IMG/VR virus record: IMGVR_UViG_2541047923_000008
Strand: one strand, 5' to 3'
Source of the DNA: a virus
Lineage: Duplodnaviria > Heunggongvirae > Uroviricota > Caudoviricetes
Length of the DNA: 26,612 bases
Part shown: piece by piece, positions 21,232 through 26,612 of the stretch
Layout of the letters: each line of letters starts with the position of its first letter
Numbering within the stretch: the stretch's first letter is position 1
Made by a program: the position numbers and the translations under genes
Notes under the pieces: generated by a model
What the model was told of the DNA's origin: nothing
Seen by the model: the letters and a program-made list of their open reading frames with translations, nothing else
Database searches by the model: none

Positions 21232-22566
21232 ATGTTTAGCTTAATCATGGCCGGAGAACCGGACGTTTTTGACCGCTGGCCGTGTATGGACCCTGGGCTT
21301 AAAGAAGGCGAGGAAAGATTCTCGATGTCCCGCATGCTGGAAGGCACCCCAAGCGATATTTACAGTAAATTAACACCAATAAGACCCGATACCTTAAGAG
21401 AACTCGCCAAGCTACCAGTATTGTTCATGACCGAAACTTATACAAAAGATGATGAATATGATACAAACAAGTACATCAGGATCAGACTTGGGGAAATAAG
21501 AAACTTACGTAAAGATGGTGGCGATATTTTATTTTCTTTCAAGATTAATCATAATTTTGGAGAAATAACGAATCCCCAAACGACATTATATAAAGAAACC
21601 CTAGGGCTAGGATCTTTCGGGTTAAGTCGTACACATTGGGCAGTAAAAAATAAGGATTTAAATATTGTTCTGGAATCACTTGGTTTAAACAAACAAAATA
21701 GCCAACTGAAAGGTACAATCAAATTAAAAAAACAAACATACCCAGTAGTCGAGAATATTATAGATTATCTTAGTTTCATAAAGAAAAACTTTCGTGATGG
21801 TCTCATTACCTTTTATCGTGGACACTCTAAAAGCTCATATGAGCTTGTCCCCTCTCTTTACAGAAAAAATCAAAACGGGACGTACAGGCATCTTGCTTCA
21901 GAATCTGATTTAGTACGTGAAATACTCAGCGCAAGACCAAATGAATTTAAGGAGGATAAATTTACGATTGATAAACTTGTCCGCATGCAGCATTATGGCT
22001 TGCCTACAAGACTCTTAGACATTACATCTAACCCACTGATAGCATTATATTTTGCTTGCTGTTCGAACCCCGATGAAAACGGACAGGTGATTTCGTTTTC
22101 AACAAATAGAAAGAAAATTAAATATTTCGACTCAGATACAGTGAGCTGTATAGCAAACTTATCACTTTTATCTTACGAAGAGTTGGAAAAATTGTCCTCC
22201 TCTGATTCCAGAAAAGGTAATATGGAGTTATCTGAACTCACGGATAAACTTGCAGACCTTATACAGAATGAAAAATCATATTTCAGAAACAGAATAATTC
22301 CTGATGACTTAAGGAAAGTTGTTTTCCTTAAGGCTAAAATAAATAATGAACGCATACAATCTCAGGCAGGAGCTTTTCTTCTGTTCGGACTTGATCCCAT
22401 TTTACCGGAAACAGATGCTGAGTTTCCTCTTAACAGAGTGGAGATAGCGAACAAAAATAAAATTCTGGAAGAGCTGGCGCAGCTTAATATATCCGAAAGC
22501 ACTGTATATCCCAGCATGGAGAAAACGGCAGCAGAAATTGCAACAAAGTTTTTATCGGTATCATAA
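21232..22566 (+). CDS. FRG-domain protein with an uncharacterised N-terminal domain of about 190 aa; candidate prophage accessory or defence gene
   Basis: 444-aa ORF with AGGAG Shine-Dalgarno 6 nt upstream; contains the FRG-family motifs as I recall them: FYRG (aa 194-197), QHYGLPTRLLD (aa 253-263), NERIQSQAGAF (aa 371-381); AT-rich, opposite strand to the surrounding phage operon. Confidence 0.8.
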   Translation: MFSLIMAGEPDVFDRWPCMDPGLKEGEERFSMSRMLEGTPSDIYSKLTPIRPDTLRELAKLPVLFMTETYTKDDEYDTNKYIRIRLGEIRNLRKDGGDILFSFKINHNFGEITNPQTTLYKETLGLGSFGLSRTHWAVKNKDLNIVLESLGLNKQNSQLKGTIKLKKQTYPVVENIIDYLSFIKKNFRDGLITFYRGHSKSSYELVPSLYRKNQNGTYRHLASESDLVREILSARPNEFKEDKFTIDKLVRMQHYGLPTRLLDITSNPLIALYFACCSNPDENGQVISFSTNRKKIKYFDSDTVSCIANLSLLSYEELEKLSSSDSRKGNMELSELTDKLADLIQNEKSYFRNRIIPDDLRKVVFLKAKINNERIQSQAGAFLLFGLDPILPETDAEFPLNRVEIANKNKILEELAQLNISESTVYPSMEKTAAEIATKFLSVS

Positions 22567-22593
22567 AGGGATAAACTAAAGGCAACGAAAACT

Positions 22594-22609
22594 AAGACTG
22601 CGCAGTCTT
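22594..22609. terminator. Perfect 16-bp palindrome (AAGACTGCGCAGTCTT) just after the FRG gene stop; likely bidirectional hairpin terminator
   Basis: Perfect palindrome 28 nt after the stop at 22564-22566; a U-rich run follows on the minus strand. Confidence 0.4.
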
Positions 22610-22804
22610 CAGATGGAAGTGCTCATTGGGAACGGTTTCAGGGGCAAAAACTGGAAGTTCCAGTGGGCCTTGAGCTGCTCCCTATAAATTAACATATCTC
22701 AATGTTATCAATGTCTGCTTTTGGCACAAAGCGGACAACCACGCTAGCTCTACCCTGTGCCACAAAATGTCAATTTACATCTGAACTAATGCACTTTAAT
22801 CTCG

Positions 22805-23227
22805 TCACTTCAAAAAATACCGAACATCCCCCTGATAAAACGACAATATCCGCTGCATAACTTCGCTTTTACGACACTCAGTACAAATTATATTATGACG
22901 CCTGTCGTAACGACGTATTTCTCCATCAGGTAATGACCAGATAAGGTCCGGATCAACCGCAGATGGTTTCTTCAGCTTTGCCCTTGAGAGCTTTTTACGG
23001 GCATTTTGCCAGTCCTTACGCGCCTGTTCAGACGGGAATAACCCGTAACCAGAGTTGTATACATCGCCACTGGCAACCAGCTCTCTGGCCAGAACGCTCA
23101 TCAGATATCTTGTTGCCCCAGTTTTAGCTTCCAGTTGTCGTAACGTCTCGCGCCCACTCTGGCGTACGAGTTCAAGAACCTGCCCTTTAATTTTTTCCCG
23201 CTCTTCTTGTGTAAAAACTTTTGCCAC
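22805..23227 (-). CDS. Hypothetical protein with a possible winged-helix N-terminus, downstream of the replication gene
   Basis: 140-aa ORF MAKVFTQEEREKIKGQVLELVRQSGRETLRQLEAKTGATRYLMSVLARELV...; C-terminal CTEC; no confident family. Confidence 0.45.
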   Translation of the reverse strand: MAKVFTQEEREKIKGQVLELVRQSGRETLRQLEAKTGATRYLMSVLARELVASGDVYNSGYGLFPSEQARKDWQNARKKLSRAKLKKPSAVDPDLIWSLPDGEIRRYDRRHNIICTECRKSEVMQRILSFYQGDVRYFLK

Positions 23228-23267
23228 AAGCCCTCCTGAAAATTACCTCATGACCAGAAATACACAC

Positions 23268-24344
23268 TTACCCCCTGAAGCCCGGTGGAATTTCGGTATC
23301 CGGTTCAGAAATATGATTCACACAACGCTGGTTGTTCGTACTGCTTACCGGGAGAAACCAGGGGTTTTCAAAATTCCGGTCCGGTCCAAAAAACGTCGTC
23401 GCTCGCTGAACAAATTCCGTTCCCGTTTTCCCGGTAGCCGCCAGGTATCTTGCGTAACGCCTCACACCATCCAGCATGGCCTCTGGTGGCACCCCCTCGC
23501 GTAATCTGGCCTTCCAGGCACTGAAAGCGGATTTCTTCGGGTTTGCCCCAGCACGCAACGGGTATTCCCGCCAGACCTGTTCGAACACATCCGGATAATC
23601 TACTCGTCCCACAGGCTGCCCGGTGTTTTCCGGGACTACCCGATCGGCTTCCCGCTGAATGGCGGAATCGGCTTCAGGCTGCTGCAGTTGGTGTGATTGC
23701 TCCGGCCTTGCGGTCATCACCTGCTGCACAGCGCCCGAATCGGCTTTCAGCGCATACGCTGAATCGGCTTCCGGTGTCGTGCCTGCTGGCTGACCAAGAT
23801 TGACGGTCTGAACATCCCCTGCCTGGTTCGTGGCGTTTTTTACGCCATGGACCATAGTGTTTTGATCTTCTTGATCTGTATCTTTATCTGTATCTTTATC
23901 TGTCGTGACTCGTCGTGACATGTGCGTGACATTTCGTGACGCGCCGTGACAATCGCCATTTTGTTCCCGCTTTCTTTCCCTCTCTCGCTGCGCCCTCTTG
24001 CGCTCTGCAGGAGATTTTGCGGTTTGCGAAATATTGCCGTTGTCCTCTTTAAGCACCTGGCGTTTTTCCCATCCAGTGATTAAATCACCATCAAGTACCC
24101 GCCCCTGCATCGTCTGCAAAATTGAATCAATTACCTCTTCTGTCACGTCGAGCGCACTTGCCAAATCTTCTGTCGTGACATCAATGTGACCTCGCGTGAC
24201 ATTTCGTGACGCGCTCACCAGGAGGTGGATATACACTGCCATCACTGTTGCAATTGGCTGCCCTGACACCCTGGCAATTGTTCGCCACTTAGGGTCATTT
24301 GGCATGTCATGCCATAATCTGAGCCAAGCGTTAGCCATACTCAC
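23268..24344 (-). CDS. Replication initiator / replisome organiser (O-like, YdaU-type) carrying the origin iterons within its coding sequence
   Basis: 358-aa ORF downstream of the cro-like and YdaT-like genes; two clusters of about 10-bp-phased direct repeats inside the gene; low-complexity acidic linker (TDKDTDKDTD). Confidence 0.65.
   Translation of the reverse strand: MSMANAWLRLWHDMPNDPKWRTIARVSGQPIATVMAVYIHLLVSASRNVTRGHIDVTTEDLASALDVTEEVIDSILQTMQGRVLDGDLITGWEKRQVLKEDNGNISQTAKSPAERKRAQRERERKREQNGDCHGASRNVTHMSRRVTTDKDTDKDTDQEDQNTMVHGVKNATNQAGDVQTVNLGQPAGTTPEADSAYALKADSGAVQQVMTARPEQSHQLQQPEADSAIQREADRVVPENTGQPVGRVDYPDVFEQVWREYPLRAGANPKKSAFSAWKARLREGVPPEAMLDGVRRYARYLAATGKTGTEFVQRATTFFGPDRNFENPWFLPVSSTNNQRCVNHISEPDTEIPPGFRG
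23901..23950. repeat. Iteron cluster 1: five phased CGTGAC repeats (candidate ori)
   Basis: tgtCGTGACt cgtCGTGACa tgtgCGTGAC atttCGTGAC gcgcCGTGAC, spacing 10-11 bp. Confidence 0.6.
24143..24210. repeat. Iteron cluster 2: four phased (C)GTGAC repeats plus one inverted copy
   Basis: tgtCGTGACa tcaatGTGAC ctcgCGTGAC atttCGTGAC, with an inverted GTCACG at 24143-24148; GCGTGACATTTCGTGACGCGC is shared exactly with cluster 1. Confidence 0.6.
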
Positions 24345-24409
24345 CTCTTCTGATACCGAATCTTTTTACTCACGAGTTGCCGGAAGCGATTCGATATGGC
24401 TATTGTCAG

Positions 24410-24835
24410 TCAATGTACTGCCACAGCATTTCCTGCCGGGCCACCACGGTTCATCTGATTGAAACCGGCGATTGCCACTGCGACAAAATCATCAGCGTCT
24501 CTCACCAATCGCTCCCGCGTCTCCACCAGCTCCCGAAAATAAGCTGAACTGTGGCTGCGCATTCTGGCCACCAGCAAAGGTGGCATTGCCTTTTCGATCG
24601 CTGGTAACAACGCCTGAATTTTTTCAACTGCATCAGGGGTGTCTTTCTCTACCCAGCGGAAAATTTTCTGGGTATTGCGAGCCAAGGCTTCCGGATGGCT
24701 GTCGTCATACAGTTCAGGAAACGTCATACCCAACTCAAAATAAGCCTGGGTTATTCCAGCTGCTGGAACTTTTTCGCCATCAGGACGCGCCCAGGCATTC
24801 ATCGCCATGCGGATGTGTTCATGCTTGATTTTCAT
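24410..24835 (-). CDS. YdaT-like early regulatory protein (cII-position gene)
   Basis: ORF 24410..24907; start placed at ATG 24835 (MKIKHEHIRMAMNAWARPDGEKVP...) preceded by AAGGGGG; position downstream of the cro-like gene; family assignment from memory. Confidence 0.5.
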   Translation of the reverse strand: MKIKHEHIRMAMNAWARPDGEKVPAAGITQAYFELGMTFPELYDDSHPEALARNTQKIFRWVEKDTPDAVEKIQALLPAIEKAMPPLLVARMRSHSSAYFRELVETRERLVRDADDFVAVAIAGFNQMNRGGPAGNAVAVH

Positions 24836-25061
24836 GAATCCCCCCTTGGTTAGAAGGCGGATTATGATCAGAACCGGGAATGACAACCGTCGGTATGTGT
24901 AACTCATATTTGAGCGCCCCGGCAGTGACTGCCTGAATTAGCAACGCCCATTTCCACGGAACCTCTTCCCCCCACATGCTGACTGTGGTTTTTGACGTTC
25001 CTAGAGCTGCGGCTGTTTTAACAACTCCGCCAAAATAGCCTAATACTTCTGATTTTTTCAT
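24819..25061 (-). CDS. Cro-like (YdaS-type) helix-turn-helix regulator, divergent from cI
   Basis: ORF 24819..25109; ATG at 25061 with GGAG upstream; MKKSEVLGYFGGVVKTAAALGTSKTTVSMWGEEVPWKW has an HTH-like stretch. Confidence 0.6.
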   Translation of the reverse strand: MKKSEVLGYFGGVVKTAAALGTSKTTVSMWGEEVPWKWALLIQAVTAGALKYELHIPTVVIPGSDHNPPSNQGGIHENQA

Positions 25062-25084
25062 GAGTCGCTCCATAAAACTGAACG

Positions 25085-25155
25085 CCAAAAGTTTAATAAT
25101 CAAAACCAAAGAAAGTCAAGAAACAAAACCATCTGTGTTTTAAAATCAAAACATG
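25085..25155. promoter_or_regulatory. oR-type operator/promoter region between cro-like and cI: operator palindrome GTGTTTT-N6-AAAACAT (25135-25154) and candidate pR (-35 TTGACT, -10 TAAACT on the minus strand)
   Basis: 7-6-7 inverted repeat overlapping the cI start codon; additional GTTTTG/CAAAAC half-site-like motifs at about 25088-25130; same palindrome recurs at oL. Confidence 0.5.
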
Positions 25156-25791
25156 AGCAAGCAAACAATATCTGAACGCATAACCCAACGTATGCATGCG
25201 CTAAACCTGAAAGGCAAAGACCTTGTCAATGCCACTGGCGCATCAAAAGGCTCCGTAAGTCAATGGATGAACGGTGGAGGAGCGCCGTCCTCGCGTTACA
25301 TAAGTTCACTGGCAAAGATATTGAAAGTAAACGAAAATTGGCTTCTTAATGGAGGAGAGTTAAATACAGGTGATTCGCTTGATCTATCTTTACCGCCGAT
25401 AAAAACGGTTCCGCTACTATCACTTCAGCAGGCAGCAAGCTGGAGTGATTATATGAAAAATTCCTCAATAACCTCTTGTGTGCAGCTTGTCGGAGAAATC
25501 CCGGCCAATACCTTTGCAGTTGTTCTAGAGAGTGACAGTATGTCAACATCTGGTGGGGGGGTTTCCATCCCAAATGGTTCAACAGTTTTTGTTGATCCCG
25601 ATCGAACCGTACAACCAGGAAATATTGTCCTTGCCTTACCCAAAGGGACCACAACACCTGTCATTCGTAAACTGGAGATAGAAGGGCCGGATATTCTTTT
25701 AGTCCCCACGAATCCTCGCTACCCTTCAATTATGCTGGATGATCTATCTTGCATATTGGGCGTATGCTTTAAAATTCAACAAGATATTTAA
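25153..25791 (+). CDS. cI: CI-type prophage repressor (N-terminal HTH, C-terminal LexA/S24-like autopeptidase domain)
   Basis: 212-aa ORF; HTH region (LKGKDLVNATGASKGSVSQWMNG); C-terminal Ser (LESDSMS) and Lys (VIRKLE) spaced like the S24 catalytic dyad. Confidence 0.85.
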   Translation: MSKQTISERITQRMHALNLKGKDLVNATGASKGSVSQWMNGGGAPSSRYISSLAKILKVNENWLLNGGELNTGDSLDLSLPPIKTVPLLSLQQAASWSDYMKNSSITSCVQLVGEIPANTFAVVLESDSMSTSGGGVSIPNGSTVFVDPDRTVQPGNIVLALPKGTTTPVIRKLEIEGPDILLVPTNPRYPSIMLDDLSCILGVCFKIQQDI

Positions 25792-25856
25792 CCAACCTCA
25801 TCTATTTGATTAACTGTATGCCATCGTGGTGATGGCTTAACAGCTGCCTGCTTAAA

Positions 25857-25904
25857 ATGTTTTGATAAAAAAACATTGACCTGAAAAGTTCATTTTTCTA
25901 AACT
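25857..25904 (+). promoter_or_regulatory. oL/pL-type operator-promoter: perfect palindrome ATGTTTT-gataaa-AAAACAT overlapping -35 TTGACC, 17-bp spacer, -10 TAAACT
   Basis: Operator 25857-25876; -35 at 25876-25881; -10 at 25899-25904; same half-sites as the oR operator. Confidence 0.5.
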
Positions 25905-26078
25905 TCATTCATTCCCTCACCCCACAGAATGCAGGGCAATACTTCGAGTTACCAGGCAGTGGTCAGGGGTTAAGTAGCCAGCCCGAGGCGTAAGAACATG
26001 ACGGCAGGGTTCAACTTTAATAACTATGCAGCAGGTTTTTGTTCCGCTACCCCGGCGTTAAGGGGAAATGAGGTCAAC

Positions 26079-26234
26079 ATGGATACTATCGATCTTGGCA
26101 ACAACGAATCTCTGGTGTACGGCGTGTTTCCCAACCAGGACGGCACATTCACCGCGATGACGCATACCAAAAGCAAAACGTTTAAAACCGAAAATGGTGC
26201 CCGTCGCTGGCTGGAAAGAAACTCAGGTGAGTGA
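26079..26234 (+). CDS. Small early protein (YdaF-like, about 51 aa)
   Basis: ORF 25998..26234; internal ATG at 26079 preceded by GAGG; MDTIDLGNNESLVYGVFPNQDGTF... Confidence 0.45.
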   Translation: MDTIDLGNNESLVYGVFPNQDGTFTAMTHTKSKTFKTENGARRWLERNSGE

Positions 26235-26235
26235 T

Positions 26236-26364
26236 ATGGATTTCGACACAATCATGGAAAAGGCTTACGAAGAATACTTCGAAGGCCTTGCCGAAGGCGA
26301 AGAAGCTCTCAGCTTCAGTGAGTTTAAACAGGCGCTTTCCAGCTCGGCAAAATCTAACGGCTGA
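26236..26364 (+). CDS. Small acidic 42-aa ORF (YdaG-like), translationally coupled to the upstream gene; not in the ORF track
   Basis: ATG at 26236, 1 nt after the upstream TGA; AGGTGA upstream; MDFDTIMEKAYEEYFEGLAEGEEALSFSEFKQALSSSAKSNG. Confidence 0.4.
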   Translation: MDFDTIMEKAYEEYFEGLAEGEEALSFSEFKQALSSSAKSNG

Positions 26365-26393
26365 TAAGCGAAGCAGCACCGCGAGGAATCAGT

Positions 26394-26612
26394 ATGCAGA
26401 AACGAGAACCCGTCATCATCGCGCCAGACTATACCGATGATGAACTTTATGAGTGGATGCGCCAGAAAATTAATGCAGCGCAGGATCTGAAATGGGCCAA
26501 TGAAGCCAGGGCTAAGCAGGCTGAAAATCTGTCCGCTCTGGAGCAGGATATCACCAGGCTGGAAAAAGCAGCGGCATTAAGCATTGCCAGAATGATTACA
26601 TACCAGCGTTAA
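26394..26612 (+). CDS. Hypothetical 72-aa early protein
   Basis: ORF with GAGGAA Shine-Dalgarno; stop at window end; no family recognised. Confidence 0.45.
   Translation: MQKREPVIIAPDYTDDELYEWMRQKINAAQDLKWANEARAKQAENLSALEQDITRLEKAAALSIARMITYQR

Noticed and set aside
23901-24210. Possibility that the phased direct repeats are a CRISPR array
   Set aside because: Repeats are 6-8 bp cores at 10-11 bp spacing inside a protein-coding gene, with no 28-37-bp repeats or spacers and no cas genes; they fit replication-origin iterons
25821-25837. Hairpin GCCATC-GTGGT-GATGGC just after the cI stop as a cI terminator
   Set aside because: Only a 6-bp stem with no following T-tract on either strand; could be a weak structure or binding site, but evidence is insufficient to call a terminator

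Overview
This window is a mosaic lambdoid prophage segment, mostly transcribed on the minus strand. Positions 1-9939 carry a head/tail assembly module whose proteins match phage lambda gpG, V, U, Z, FII, FI, E, D, C/Nu3, B, W, A and Nu1 almost residue-for-residue (from memory), followed by a lambda-type cos site with cosN near 10117-10128. Beyond cos the content is not lambda-like: an AT-rich block of small genes (GnsB-like, cold-shock protein), then a lysis cassette (Rz/Rz1 spanins, signal-peptide endolysin, S21-type pinholin) that is interrupted between holin and endolysin by about 2 kb of plus-strand DNA carrying an IS110/IS1111-family recombinase, an orphan small gene and a candidate structured RNA. 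Upstream lie four tandem tRNA genes, a putative late promoter/terminator pair, a Q-like antiterminator, RusA, a DUF968 protein, a lipoprotein and a hok-type toxin. An AT-rich, opposite-strand gene encodes a 444-aa FRG-domain protein, which I consider the best candidate for an uncharacterised accessory or defence function. The window ends with a replication initiator containing two iteron clusters, a divergent cro-like/cI immunity region with matching oR and oL operator palindromes, and small early genes. All homology calls rest on my recall of protein sequences and motifs; no database search was run. Non-ORF coordinates were read by eye and may be off by a few bases.
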